A DNA stretch of 64,000 nucleotides, taken from assembly GCF_006345805.1 (NCBI RefSeq), contig NC_042998.1, forward strand, positions 123,380,001-123,444,000, written 5' to 3'. Position numbers and translations under genes: made by a program. Source of the DNA: Octopus sinensis. Taxonomy: Eukaryota. Numbering within the stretch: the stretch's first letter is position 1; each line of letters opens with the position of its first letter. The notes under the pieces were generated by a model. It was not told the origin of the DNA and did no database searches. It was given only the letters and a program-made list of their open reading frames with translations. This document shows, one piece after another, positions 1 to 13,428 of the stretch.

Positions 1-1055
1 GTCTGCCAAATGATTACAGTAGAAGACATTTCCGCGTCTGCGTAGTTCCCTAACTAAAATGTTTCCTCAGTTTTGACACTGGCTGCAAAGCAAATGAATT
101 GCCTTGAAATTGTATCAGCGTGTATGCAATAGTGGGTAACATGGCTAACCCGTGTAAGTCGATCTGATGAGCTTCCTCGTCACTTCTGTTTAACGAATTT
201 CACTCACAAGTCTTGAACTAACGCGGCGCTATTGTAAATGACATTTGCCTATAATGCTACACATACACCACAGAAATTATTTAGAAGTAAAAAACATGTA
301 TCAATGTATTATGTGTACTACCGGAAGCCTAAAGATGAAGTGTACTATTTCATGGAAAAAAACTTTTAATTTATTACATCTATACTTCTATGTCAAGAAA
401 AATAACACCACGGTTATCCTTACACTTCGTTGTGTATACACAGACACAGACCATAATAATGATAGTAAAATAGGAAAGAGTATTAATTTCCTATTATCTC
501 ACCAACTTGTTTCGTCTATTTAACATTAACTTGTGAACGGATTTATAAAGAAAAATTATACTGAAAATTAATTCATGGTTAAGAACTGCGTTTAAATATG
601 ATATTGACTGTAATAAATGCTACTATGAATTTACTTTGAAACACAATCATTCGAAATCACATTTAATGTATGCATTTCATTACAAATTACGACAAGTTCA
701 TTCTAATATATCTGAGTGTAATATATAAACATTTGTCTATTTGATGTCGACAGAAATCTCAATAATTGTATGAGATAGAAGGAAATGCAAAATTAAAAGG
801 ATGAAAATATACTACAAATCGAAATTGAGTTCACAGTTGTATTGCTGAAATTTTGTAGAAATTCTATGAATGTATGATGTAACGCGGTGTTAATTAATTT
901 TGTCACTAATCATTTAACAAGCAAAGTTTATCTTTGTCTTTCATCCACACAAGCGCAATGAAATAACAACCAGACATTTACTCGGGTCACTTAATGTGAC
1001 TCTACACTTTCATAAGTTTTGTCAATTTTCTTGTAATTGTAGGAGCAGTACCAGG

Positions 1056-1119
1056 AGTGGTGGTGGTGGTGGTAGCGGTGGTGGTGGTGGTAGTAGTAGA
1101 GGTTTTTGCTGTTGCAGGT

Positions 1120-1151
<32 letters not shown>
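1056..1151. repeat. (GGT)n/(AGT)n compound microsatellite
   Basis: Direct runs of ggt and agt triplets. Confidence 0.95.
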
Positions 1152-1349
1152 CATGTATATGTAATTTAAAAAATTATAAAAGTCGCTTCACAGCTACATG
1201 GCTTTAGGTTTGAGATCACTAAGCAGATCGTTAGGAAAGAGACTTCGAGCTTTGCTTCGGATCAACAAAAGCTTTGTACGTTAAATGTGTTACATGAAAT
1301 CTATGTAGCAGCCTAATGGAGTGAAACTTCATGTTTTTCGCTGGCAGCT

Positions 1350-2830
1350 TTGAAGCGTAACTTATAACAGAAAACCACATGCCTTTATCGATGTAAAAAT
1401 CTTTGCACTCATTCCGTTATACTTCTGCTACTGAACAAGAAAATTCTTTGCCCTATTATTCACACAGTCGAACTGTTTAGCAATAACACTGAAATAGGAT
1501 TGAGACTGAAAAATGTCAAGGAAAATCTTTCAAAATCATGCAGCATCACCTTAGATAGAGATATAAAAGAATTAGGACATGAGCGCAGTTGGGAATAGTA
1601 AGTACTCGTTAAAGAGAGAAACATAGGAAATAATGCTATCGTAGAGTCAGAGCTATACTGAAAAGTAGGTTGACTGTTTATAACAAAATCGAGGCGATAA
1701 ACACGTTCGCTATGCAAGTAAGCACATGCGGCTTAAACATTATTTACTGGTTCACCTCTGAGATCAGTGCAATTGATGTCAAAGTCTAAACCTTGATGCC
1801 GATGAATCGCATGAATTATCCAAAAGCTGACAGAAATTGATTATGCCTTCCGCGAACAGAAGGCAGTTGGGAATTCCAGCAACAAATAAACGATTGAATG
1901 TTATATCTGGTTATGAACTATTAAAGTAACAAGAAGCTGTACTGAGTGACTAAAATTGCAAGAATACTCCTTCGGGAAATTCCACAAGATGAACCAGTAA
2001 CCGCAAAATTAAGTGCTTACAACTGAAAAACAAAATTATAAAAAGTAGGTGAACAAACAAACTTTCGGTACACTATGGTCAAGTGGTGGCAAAAAGCAGT
2101 GCAGGCAAAAACCCTGGTTAGGGCCAGGAATCGTGATGTAAAGCAAGCTCTTATACAACTGTGGCTCGCATGCGCTGGTCTCAAGCTGGAAATTGAGGAG
2201 AATATTATATCTCAGGATGAATGCCTTCAAACTAGAAGTTACCAGTGTAATCTTAATTTTCTGAGATATGAAAGCAGTCTATCGTGTTTTGTATGCGGGG
2301 AACATCCAAAAACAGTCAACGACATAATCTTTCGCGGTGTCTGATTAACATCCATAGAGTACTTGCAATGACATAGCTAGACATGTAAGAACATACACTG
2401 GTCATATGTCGCAACTGTAATCTCTCTCACAACGAAAATCGCTGGGAACATAAGCCACCACAAGTTGTGAAGAATATTGATTTAGCACTCTTTATAAATC
2501 TCAGTGTTCAAATTAAGTAGGAAATGCAGGTAAACTACTGGATACTATTGTGAAAAATCATGTTGGAAAGACATATATTTTGATAAATGATGCAATTCCA
2601 ACTGAAAAAAAAAAAAGCCGCATCTCTGAAAACGTTTGAGACATTGAGCAACTGTATGGATTTAGACATAAAAATCAGAAGGATGTGCAAGTCAAAATAA
2701 CATTACCTCTAGCTATTGTTGCACATGGAATGTTAAGGACAAACAAATATGTAGACTAAATGTTAGGCATCCTCAATATATGTGAATTGCAAATGATCAT
2801 AGTTATGGCTTAGAGGTACTTCATGTAAAT
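1350..2830 (+). mobile_element. Decayed R4/Dong-like RLE non-LTR retrotransposon, 3' half (end of RT, thumb, CCHC finger, REL endonuclease)
   Basis: Frame-broken peptides RAILKSRLTVYNKIEAINTFAM, PKADRN*LCLPRTEGS, WLACAGLKLEIEENIISQDECLQTRSYQ..CFVCGEHPKTVNDII (ORF 2075-2344), HKPPQVV and DAIPTEK. These match family motifs KSxLNxxNKIxAIN, HPKxDxxRLYLPRxxGG, WLxxAGLKxETEGxIxAAQDQ and CxxCGxxxETxxHI. Confidence 0.8.
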
Positions 2831-2945
2831 TTATCTTTGTTAAAAACAATTTTTTGCATTCAGTGTCACGAATTTTATTAGCAGCATTTTTTTTATATAA
2901 CAGATATCAGATTTTCAATTGCATCGGTTAGTTCTTTAGAGGTAA

Positions 2946-3000
<55 letters not shown>

Positions 3001-3043
3001 TAATAATAATAATAATGATAATAATAATAATAATAATAATAAT
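2946..3043. repeat. (TAA)n microsatellite
   Basis: About 32 TAA units directly abutting the next element. Confidence 0.97.
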
Positions 3044-5450
3044 GTCTTTTTAGACAAACCCATCTAGAGATGATGCCTCGATAAAAATACTCTGCATGAG
3101 AGTAACGACTATTATAATTAACACAAACAACGGCGTGAATGAGGACGGAACTACAAGTGACAGACTTGCACTCAATAGGTGCCCTATGGGTAAGCAGCAC
3201 ATACCCGGGAGTCATTTTACGGCTGCTAGAATTAAATAGACTAAGACGGTGAATGTAGCTGTCATGGAATATTAGTTTTTGAGTAGGTTCACTGATAATG
3301 AAGGGAGATACATAATAGGATATAGAAAGCGAATACATAACATATGGATGGAGAAGTAGGGCTCAGATATTACAGAACAGAGACTCTGTCCAGGTAAAAG
3401 CAATAAGGAAGAAAGAATGGCTAACCGTATTAGAGCTCGATGAGATTAAGAGGAGGATGATGGCCAACAATTCGGGAAGCATTGCAGAAACAGGTACAGA
3501 GAATGCTGACGATGCTGCACTTAACGAGAGTAACCGGGATAAGTATAATTTCTCAAGCCCTGACTGTAGAAAAGGGGTTAAATAATGAAGGCAAAGGAAT
3601 GATCAAAGACATTGCTAGTATCATCGAGGAAAATCTGGATATGGAAATAAATAGAGTCAGGAAGTAGATACAAATGTTCTCAGGGGCGGATCATTCAGGT
3701 GGATAAAATACTGAAAGAAATCAAGACAGATAATATAACCGGAACGAATAGATTAGTTAAAAACTACATCATATATATATATACAGGAAATAAAGTAGAC
3801 CTCGAACGAAAACGATCAATGAACGAACTACGAAGACATATCAACATCTTGGAGAGAAGAAAGAAAGTGAAATCAAGAGGGAGAAGGAATATCAGGAATT
3901 ACAACGTATATATAGGACAAAGAAATGGGCTGAATATAGTACTTGAAGAGATGAAACAAAGATTGCACGCTAAAGCAACAAAGATCAAGAGACATAACCA
4001 AAGAATTGAACAATATAAACGCAACAGATTGTTCCAACAAGACCAGAAACGGGTTTATCAACAACTGGATGGAAAGGTTAACAGCAATGCGATACGCTGA
4101 AGAAAGTAAAAGATTTTGGAGTAACACCTGGGGTAATGGAAGAAAGCATAACAAAAATGCGAAACGGTTGAAGGAATTAGGTTCGGAAAAATATGAAGTG
4201 AAACAGCAATATTATAATAACGACCGAAATGGTAACCGAACAAACAATAAAGATCCCAAAATAATGGAAATGCCCAGGACCGGATGGAGTGCAAGGATAT
4301 TGGATGAAAAATTTTCCAGCGATTCACAGATTATCCACACAAGTGGATAAAATATTGTACAAATCCCAGAGTGGCTGAACAATTCTTTGAAAAAAGAACC
4401 TCAGCAAGGGCAGTTGATAATTGCGTAGTTGATAATTGCGGGCCTATCACCTGTCTTCCCCTGATATGGAAGCTGATGACAGGAATAATATCTGTGTGTA
4501 TAACCTTCCAGAAATGAATGACAAGCTGCCAGCGGAACAAAAATGGCACAGAAGGAAAACCCGCAGGTCAAAAGGCCTACTTCTGATAGACAGAATGGTA
4601 CTGAACGACTGAAAGAAAAGACTTACTCATCTAGGTACGGCGTGGATCGATTATAAGAAAGCGTGTGACATGGTCCCCCATTCCTAGAGTTTAGAAAGTC
4701 TTGAGCTAGTACAGGTCACTAATAACTTATCAAATTTTATTAGGAGATCAATGAAAAACTCGAATACATAGGTAAATTCAAATGGAAACATTTTTGAGGA
4801 AGGTTAACATCAAGAGAGGCATATTTCAAGGAGATAGCCTATCACCATTGCTGTTTTTGATTTGTATGATACCACTCACATAGATACTACGGGGTAGTGA
4901 CATCGGCGTACATCTTGAAAAGTGAGGAAAATTAAATTATCTGTTATATATGGAAGATTTAAATATCTTTGGAAAGACCGAACGTGAAATAAATGAGCTA
5001 GTTTCAACCGTGCCAATATTCAGTAAGGATATCGGAATGAAATTTGGGACTAAATAGTGCGATATGCATACTTGTAATACAAAGAGGCAAAATGCTGTCG
5101 CCCGTTGGTGTAAAACAACCCAACGACGAGAAAAACCAGGATATTGAGACTAATGGATATAAATATCTGGGGATTTTAGAATGCGACAAAATCAAGGATA
5201 GTGAAGTTAAGGAAAGCTTTAGGTGAGAAGATGTCAGAAAGACCAAATTAATTATGGGAAATAGACTCAATGGAAGAAACAAGATTTTGAGATTGGTACC
5301 TGGATGTTGAATGTCTCCCACGATATTTAACAACCAAATATCAAAGCTTACGTACGGACAGAGGCATTGTGAGATCTGTGACAGCACGCTGGAGTCAGCT
5401 CTCGCATAATCTACCGGAAGAAGCATCACCGGACGTTGTTAGAAGGAAAA
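3044..5450 (+). mobile_element. R4/Dong-like non-LTR retrotransposon, 5' end through RT; endonuclease region apparently deleted; pseudogenised
   Basis: N-terminal TEQRLSVQVKAIRKKEWL, DKILKEIKTDNIT and RLFQQDQKRVYQQL; RT motifs RPITCLPLIWKLMTG, AWIDYKKA, KRGIFQGDSLSPLLF, INYLLYMEDL and GYKYLGILE. Many stops and frameshifts. Flanked by (TAA)n on the left and (CAA)n(TAA)n on the right. Confidence 0.88.
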
Positions 5451-5493
5451 CAAGAACAACAACAACAACAGCAACAACAACAACAACAACAAC

Positions 5494-5539
<46 letters not shown>
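5451..5539. repeat. (CAA)n(TAA)n microsatellite / element tail
   Basis: Direct triplet runs. Confidence 0.95.
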
Positions 5540-5540
<1 letters not shown>

Positions 5541-5541
<1 letters not shown>

Positions 5542-6121
5542 CAGAAGTAGTGGGGGAGTATCAATGCCCTGATGCAGTACCAGGCAGTGGTTCTCATGGC
5601 TTCTGATCTTAACTGATTGCAAGTGTTATCATGTACATTGTTTTGTCTTGGTGTAAAAGATGGGCTACAGCAAATATTCTGCTCAATGCCACAGATTTGC
5701 TTGTCAGTTGTTTGACCTTAACCAGTTGAGCATGTCCCTTAGTGGCTGATGATATGTGCATCTCTGATCACGACCAGAAGTAGTGGGGGGGGGGCATCAT
5801 AGCCATGTGTTAAGGGGGATTCTTTGGGGTTTGAATAATTCACCTCTGGAAACATGGGTGCTTCGTTCAACATCCTCAAACAACCCTTACTCAGGGACCT
5901 TTTGAGCAGGATGAGTTACTCGACCAGAAGAAAATTCTAACTGGGTCCCACCTGCAAGGTCATGTGCTGTTTATCTTGATATGAGATTATCATGTCGCAC
6001 ACATATGGTTGTGATGCATGTACCTGGTGTACCTTTATCAGACGGGTAGTCATGATGGGTATACTGGGCTTCGTATATTTTACCCCAGTGTCACTTTGAT
6101 GGCATGTACTGCTCTCTCACT
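5541..6121 (+). mobile_element. Unclassified non-coding interspersed repeat with (TAA)n tail
   Basis: GC-richer ~580 bp block with no recognisable protein motif, an internal direct repeat agaagtagtggggg (~5543 and ~5776), ending ...ctctctcactc followed by (AAT)n. Repeat status is inferred from context. Confidence 0.5.
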
Positions 6122-6137
6122 CAATAATAATAATAAT

Positions 6138-6196
<59 letters not shown>

Positions 6197-6244
6197 CTAT
6201 AATAATAATAATGATGATGATGATGATAATGATGATGATGATGA
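6122..6244. repeat. (TAA)n then (TGA)n microsatellite; converging tails of two elements
   Basis: Direct triplet runs. Confidence 0.95.
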
Positions 6245-6960
6245 TTTTATTTATTTGCCACAAGGGCGAAGGATGAGGAAACAATACGAAGACAGGCATA
6301 GAGTATGGGTGTTTACATATAATAAACTGATAAAATGCGGGTAAGTATACACGGTACACACTGAAAACGGAGGGACAAAGTTAAAAGGAAAGTCGCGGGG
6401 AGGTTTATAGAGCTCTGATACATGAAGATCTCTAGGGATAATCTAGGAGCCCCACTGCCCGAGATTTCCTTGAAACCCCCTACAAGCATACTCTCCAATT
6501 CCTTCTCTCTTACTTACAGGTCCACACTTAGAGCGATACCATCCACTTTTTCCATTTTCACAACTTTTACCTACCGTTTAATAAACCCACTCGAGGACAG
6601 CACTTCCCGTTTCACTCTCAATTTCCTTTTCCAAATGAAACTTGAATAAGTCAATGATAGCTCTACCAAAGAGGAATGTATCTGTCCTCATGTCTTTCAG
6701 CCTTGTCCACAGCCAAAAGAAAACTGCTTTGCCTGCCCGATTGAAGTATGGTGGCAGGACAATCATCACTACAGACTCGGCCGACAGACGGATCCGTCCC
6801 TCACGTGACAGTAGCTGTTCGACCCCACGAGTCAGCAATGCCCGGACATGCAGAGCGGTTTCGTCACTCTGAGAGCACATTGGATAAGCCCATCTGACAG
6901 CACATCCGTACTTGTAGAGCTTATCTCGAACCGTTTGCGACCCCAGTAGCATTGTCAGAC
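6245..6960 (-). mobile_element. Tx1/L1-clade LINE, 5'-truncated 3' fragment
   Basis: ORF 6578-6952 (VRDKLYKYG..CSQSDETALH..GRIRLSAES..FKFHL) resembles the C-terminal Zn-finger/DUF4283-distal region of Tx1/L1 ORF2. It is followed on the minus strand by a 3' UTR, AATAAA and an (ATC)n tail. Confidence 0.65.
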
Positions 6961-6994
6961 CAAGGACATCTGGAAATTATTCATGATAGTACCC

Positions 6995-7134
6995 GACCGA
7001 CAACGACGACGACGTCGATGATGATGAGAAGAGGAAGAAGAAGATGAAGGGGTGGAGGAGGAGGATGTAGAAAAAGAAGGAGAGGAAGAAGAAGAAGAAG
7101 AAGAAAGAAGAAGAAGAAGAAGAAGAAGAAGAAG

Positions 7135-7165
<31 letters not shown>
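6995..7165. repeat. (GAC)/(GAT)/(GAA)n compound microsatellite
   Basis: Direct triplet runs. Confidence 0.95.
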
Positions 7166-7166
<1 letters not shown>

Positions 7167-7299
7167 TCCAGCATATGTGTGGGTATGTATACATGTATTA
7201 ATATCGTTTATAAACATTTGGGTTTTATTACTATCATACAGCATAAATCATGCATTTGAGCTTGTACTATGTCGATCTTGTATTATCAGTTCTCGTAAT

Positions 7300-7520
7300 A
7301 AGGCGGCGAGCTGGTAGAATCGTTAGCTCCGTTGGGCGAAATGCTTAACAGTATTTCGTCCATCTTGGGGTTCTGAGTTCAAATTCTGCCGAGGTCAAAT
7401 TTGCCTTTCATTTTTTCAGGGTCGATAAAATAAGTACCACTTGAATAGTTGGGTCGATGCCATCGACTAAACCCTACTCTGAAATTGCTGGCCTTGTGCC
7501 AAAATTTGAAATCATTATTA
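7300..7520 (+). mobile_element. tRNA-derived SINE (window's most abundant family)
   Basis: Head aaggcggcgagctggtagaatcg (A-box-like), gagttcaaattc (B-box-like), body ggtcgataaaataagtacc and an ATT tail. Homologous to more than 10 other copies in the window. Confidence 0.85.
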
Positions 7521-8194
7521 ATTCTCGTATTGCTTCTGACTAACTAGAAATTGAACTGATCTTATTCTCCTTTCCAACAGATGGTATATATTAAAGAAAA
7601 GAAAATAGTACACAAAACTCTACATGTAAGATACTTTAACGATAACAGTTATCATTTAATACTATAACATGTTAGCACCTGCGAGAAATATTGCTCTGTA
7701 AACTAAATGCTACAACCTTCCTTTTTCGGTACATGTACCTTCTTAATGTTAAATTATGTAAAAAAAACTAATGGCAAAGAGTATGAATTTAGCGTGTTTC
7801 TCTTGATTAGCTATAATTATGTTACTTTATGAGGAAGGTGGAAATGGATTTTATCATATTTGCTATTTCCCAAAACTAACGTTGCAGCAAGACTTGACTA
7901 GAAAGTATGAAAACTTTACTAATTCTCTACAGCACTTCCAAGATCAGCAAATGTAGTTTTCTCATGTTTACCACACGTAATGTTGCCAGGCAGAAAGCTC
8001 TAACGTTTCACAGAAGGACGAAATACAAAATGTAATATGAACATTTTGAAAGATTTTGATAAGTTGTATACGTAAGCTATAATTATCAGCGGCATATATA
8101 ATGAATCATAATATATACTGCAATAATTCCTCGTACACTGTACAATATTCACGTTATTATATTACGCTACACAAATATTTTACACTGCTATAAA

Positions 8195-8290
8195 AGTTGC
8201 GAGCTAGGGAAAAGACGCTTTACGGCATTTCGACCGTCTGTATATGAGTTCAAATTACACCAAGGTTGATTTTGCTTTTCATCTCTTTCA
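8195..8290 (+). mobile_element. SINE 5' fragment (same family)
   Basis: ggcatttcgaccgtc..gagttcaaatt..aaggttgattttgc matches the family head and body. Confidence 0.55.
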
Positions 8291-8294
8291 TACA

Positions 8295-8677
8295 TCTCTC
8301 TATATATAAACGGCAGTTTGTCTGTGCGTGTTTCTGTGTGTCTGTTTTCTCGTACCCTCACTCTGACCACGGCTTTCATCCGATTCTGATGAAACTTGAC
8401 ACACACATAGCCCAATGTCATAATTCAAAACTAACGTAGCGAAAATTTTGAAAAGTTCCCCCAGTTCTGAAAAAAATCGATAAATTCGACATGGGGTCGA
8501 GAATCAGAAACACAAACCGCAAACTGTCTAGGGAACGCAACTCCACCTTTTTTCACTCAAAAAAATTTACCATAATTTTTTTTTCCATTTTTTTGCTATT
8601 TTTTGGCTATAACTCTCTAAAAATGCTTTATAGTTATTTCCCTTACAAACCTGAGCAACGCCGGGCGATACTGCTAG
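8295..8677 (+). mobile_element. Non-autonomous Helitron (383 bp)
   Basis: 5' TC (tctctctatatataaacgg) preceded by A8294; subterminal imperfect GC-rich hairpin cctgagcaacgccggg; 3' CTAG (8674-8677) followed by T. This is the canonical A|TC...CTAG|T structure with no TSD. Confidence 0.85.
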
Positions 8678-9355
8678 TATATTCTAAAAATATTTTATAA
8701 AATGTCAATAGTTATGCTGCTTTTCTAAAATGCTTGACAAGGTTTAATATTCGTTTAATAAGTTTACAAAATAACAATACAAACAAATGTAACTTGTATG
8801 TTCGATATCTTCGTTAGTGTAACCTTGGATTACACTAGTTCGCCTAATAACAGTTATTTTCTGGAGAAAAAAAAACCGTTGTAAAATTCATTTATGCACT
8901 TAAATCGATTTGAAACCATATCACAACAATGGGTGAGTGGTAGGCTATAAAGCTGCTCTCGTTGTAGCACACGTCAAAATACATATTAAAATAAAAACAA
9001 AACATCTATTACTCTCTGTTCTCAGGACATAAGCAATTTAGCAATAAAACTATAAGAGCTGAAATTCCAACAGTAATTACTTCACCTTTGTTTTTAGGTG
9101 TATATGTTACCTAAAATATATTAAAGTGCTATATCGTCAATCATAGCGACTATAAGATACAGAAAAATTATAATAATTCCCTGTTTGGTGGCCTACATAC
9201 ATGTTACTAATTGTGCGCGGTGGTTTGCAAATACTGTTATATTAACTTTCTACCTTCTTTAGCAAGAGGATACAGTAAGTCTTCGGCTAATAGTGGTTCT
9301 GGTCACAGGTGATTTTAATGCAAATTTCACTAATAAAAGAGTTTATCATATCATA

Positions 9356-10485
9356 GTTCGTCCGTCGTTATAGACAATGACCAAGGACATCACATTGGAA
9401 AAGAAGACGGAGCACGGTGAGTTCGGCTGTGATCGATCAGTGCGATACGTGCTATGAAACACTGCTGCAGGTCCAGCATTGGACCTGGTGGTCTGCTGGA
9501 TCTGAAGCGATGAGTTGGAACTGAAGTTGAGTAGTTCTCATTTACTTTGTGCCTCTGCAATCCTGTTACGCTCGTAGGATGAGGTACTTTCAGGTACTAC
9601 TTTACCATGAATAGCGCGTTGCGCTTGCGTTTTCAAGGTGTCGTGATTAATCCCCAAATTCTTCAGTGAGCTTTTGAGAGTATTCTTGAACGCTGTTTCT
9701 GTCCACCTTGCATGCATTGTAAAACAATCTTTTAGGGAGTCATGTGTCAGGCAGCTGAACAAGGCGGCTTGCCCTCCTGTCTTGCGCTATCCTCAGCAGT
9801 GTGTAAATGCTAGACAGATCTTGAGATAGCATCTGTTTCTGGGAGCCTGTTTTGTCAGGTGATTTTCAATATATTTCTCAGGCAGGCATTGTCAGCACAA
9901 CGATTTTGTAAACCTTCTGCTTAGTGGCTACCCTAATTCTATTCTTATCTCATACTGTCTCAAGTAACCGCCCTTGGCGATGTGTGTGTCGACTTCCTCG
10001 TGAGTGTCGAAGGATCTGGAGATTGTGATGACGTTGTACGTGAACATATCAAAAGCATTCAGAATTTCTCCTCCGAAAGAGTTAGTTGGTTTCACATACA
10101 ACTTATGCGGGTAAGTTAGTGTCTTCTGTGCACTCATTGGGATGTTAAAGTTGCAAGTAGTGGAAAGCAGTTCATGGTCTGTTACATCTGGGCCTCTGCA
10201 GCGGATTTGATTGCGTAGTCGCCTTTGAACAGGAAGTCGCGCACGGAGTCCTCATCCATCCTTGTCTTAGCTTTTAGTCTCCATAGTTTGAGGAGTTTGT
10301 CATCAATCTTGAATCTGATCTTCATATTGGTTGTGTCGTCGTTGAGCAGAGTATGCGCAAGAGTACAACTGTAGGAATGCCTCGGAAGAACATCTACTGT
10401 CCAGAACCCGAGCGACCATGCATTCGTGGAATTGTCACACCACGCTGATGAACTTGTCCGTGCAGCCGAATTTCCCCATGATCTT
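9356..10485 (-). mobile_element. RTE/BovB-clade LINE, 5'-truncated, decayed
   Basis: Minus-strand peptides KIMGKFGC..FHECMVARV, IRFKIDDKLLKLWRLKAKTR..VRDFLFKGD (degenerate FADD) and FKNTLKSSLKNLGINHDT; RTE-type 3' end ...gacggacgaac with a short tandem tail. Confidence 0.8.
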
Positions 10486-11289
10486 TCGAATTCACAAACA
10501 AAACATGCATAAATAAGTGTGTCCTATTGCCTTCGCTCGTTCATTTTCGCCCTAACCCTAAATCTCACTTCTACTCTGATGTCCACATGTTAATTTAGAA
10601 ATTATTAGGGTCTGACGCAGTGGTCTCTGAACACGTATAGAAGCAAAAACTCACCAATACTAAAACTTGTATAAAGACCATGTTGGAAAGCACGTTATTG
10701 TGTGTCTGCCTCAATCATTTTTATATTGCAACAAATCACTATTATGAAGAAATGCTGAAGTCAATAGAATACCATCAATGGAAGGTAGGTTTTTCACACT
10801 CTAATTTCGTTTTTAAAAGTCTTTGAATACGAAATTCGCTTAATAAATATACCATACTACAACAGTTAACTGCTGCTGCGATACTTATTTGATAACAGAT
10901 TGAATTATCTAAATATTTATATTAAAATTTCCATTCACTACCTATGTAGGATATTAGCATTAACAGTCAATTGTATAAGTCCAATTGTGTATCACATTGC
11001 TTACGTCTAAATAAAACGATAATAAAAGGCTTAACTATGGTGAGCAAAATGGTGGGAAAAAGAACGTAAAACCGTTATATTTCTCTCTCTCAAATCTAAG
11101 TTCACTTTGCTGTTAATCTAGCACTGGGATACCAAAGTTTGGTATTGACCATGCACACTAAATTTATCATACAGATTGGGTACCAACTTTTACAACCCTT
11201 ACTCGGCATCGAAGATGACATGGTAGCACGTACTATGATTCGCGAATTGTTTTAGGCATCAACGTGGTCACGAACAGACACATACATGC

Positions 11290-11472
11290 TCCGCTGTAGC
11301 CCATGCCGGACATTCACAATGTGACAGTGGACGGGTGAGAGAATTGCACTCGCACGAACTTAATTTTCGCTGAGTAAGTTGAAATGCTTTCTCAATAGCA
11401 GAAACAATCATCTACCGCGGGAATCGAATCCTCGACATTATGATAGAGATCTTGAACCACGTGCGCCTTCAC
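11290..11472 (-). mobile_element. tRNA-derived SINE, second family, decayed
   Basis: Minus strand begins gtgaaggcgcacgtggttc..gaggattcgattcccgcgg (B-box-like GGTTCGANTCC variant). Confidence 0.55.
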
Positions 11473-12408
11473 GAATACTAGACCGGTAATATCGCTTTCA
11501 GTTGTAAATTTTTCAAACAGATGCTGATTATTATTTTGTTTCAGTAGGAGACCGCTATCATTTTAAGTTGCATTCGTCTCAGTGAAAAGAACCTATATAA
11601 TTTATAATGTAGCATAAATCTATTTGATAAAACAATCCTTTTTTACCGCAGTGGAGGATATCAATACAGTATAAGCATAAGTTAAGAAGGAATTCTAGAA
11701 AGATCTGCAGTTTACAATAAGAAATATTGCTGTACGTACAAAAGTGAAAAAGATATTCGTGAAAGATAACAAAAAAAAAAAAGATAATAGAAACACACAC
11801 ACACACAAACAACAGAAAATGGAAAACTAATACAAACAACTTCATTTTAGAACCACTTTTAAGAAATGAAATTCTTTCAGGTTTGCAGATAATGTTATAA
11901 CATTCTAAACACATGCTATGTTATCAGAATTCAAATGTATCGTAGATTCGTAGTAAGCTGTTCAATGTATGCTATTATTTTTCAAGGATTATAGTTACAT
12001 ATAGACATATATTTTGCTACACATATTTAGTAAGAAAAAAATGCTAATAGCCAATGGACGCGTAAAATAAATAGAAAGGAAGTACATCTTAAGAAAATAT
12101 GTATTAAGGCAAATAATTATTTTCTTCATATCTTTGGTGAATTATATTCATTCTTCCAACGTGTATTGTTGCTTTCCAATTTCTAGCTTGACTAAATTTC
12201 CCTTATAATGGTACAACATTCATGCACGATTCTTTCAACTTAAAAGCTAAAGGTGTAATTCACTGACCACACGTATCATTACTGACATTTTATTTGGAAT
12301 ATTCTTGATACATTGATTTATCATATACCTCAGATAATAGAAAGGCTTTCCTACAAATCTGAAGCATAGGCACGTATGTGCATGCATATATATGTATGTG
12401 TATCTGGA

Positions 12409-12458
<50 letters not shown>

Positions 12459-12978
12459 AATATGCGTACACATACACTGACACACACATACATGTGTGAA
12501 TGTATGTATTGTAGGAAAAATAAAAGAGCTTGACTATGTTTCTTTCATATTCCTTATCATAGAAATTTAATATATGTGATATTTTATGCCATTTTTCTTT
12601 CAAGACTCACAAAGGAACTAAATATGACGTTTAGCATTAGTTTCTTTTACTGCGATATGCTGTATGTAACTTACAATTTACATTTCATTTTGCTATACTC
12701 ATACCTACTAAGTCTAATCTTAGGAATTTCTTATTTCTGTTCTTTCTCATATGGTTATGTTATGTTTTGTGTATTTTCTATATATTTTTGTCATAGCCGA
12801 GTGCTGTATATCATCGTTCACTTTTGTACATATTCGTTCCGAAAACAAACTACATTACACGCCTGCATCATAACAGTTTGTATGCATGTATATATATATA
12901 TTTAAATATATATATATAAATACATATATATATATATATATACATATGTGTGTGTAAGCACTTATGTATGTATATGTT

Positions 12979-13017
<39 letters not shown>

Positions 13018-13059
13018 GTGTGTGTGTGTATGACAAGCAAACAGCTAGCAGGTGAAGTA

Positions 13060-13350
13060 TCGAATCACTGAACATGAAACTCTGTATTCGATAGTGAGAA
13101 CATGTACCAAGAAAGGAAGAGTCAAGTCTTATTCTGTGAGCTCACGCCAGGAAAAAGACCACGCGTTTTCCGTCATCGAAGATGCAAGGACCAACTCAAA
13201 GCAACACTGAAAGCTACATGAGCGGAAATCTTTTGAAACATAAGCCCGAGACCGTAAGAAATGAAGGTCGTCCATTGGTATCGCAACGAAGGAATTCGAA
13301 GCCACCAGAGGAAAGTCATCGACGGCATCACTATGAAGGAAGAGTTTTGC
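13060..13350 (+). mobile_element. RTE-clade LINE 3' coding fragment
   Basis: KDQLKATLKAT and ETxARDRKKxRS..ATKEFEATR peptides typical of the RTE C-terminus. Confidence 0.65.
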
Positions 13351-13367
13351 AAAGAGCAAAATAAGTT

Positions 13368-13412
<45 letters not shown>

Positions 13413-13428
13413 TCCCATATATATATAT

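Noticed and set aside
7300-7385. tRNA gene calls for SINE heads (also 40070, 52520-52580 and 11420-11472)
   Set aside because: They have A/B-box-like motifs but no complete cloverleaf, and they continue into shared SINE bodies.
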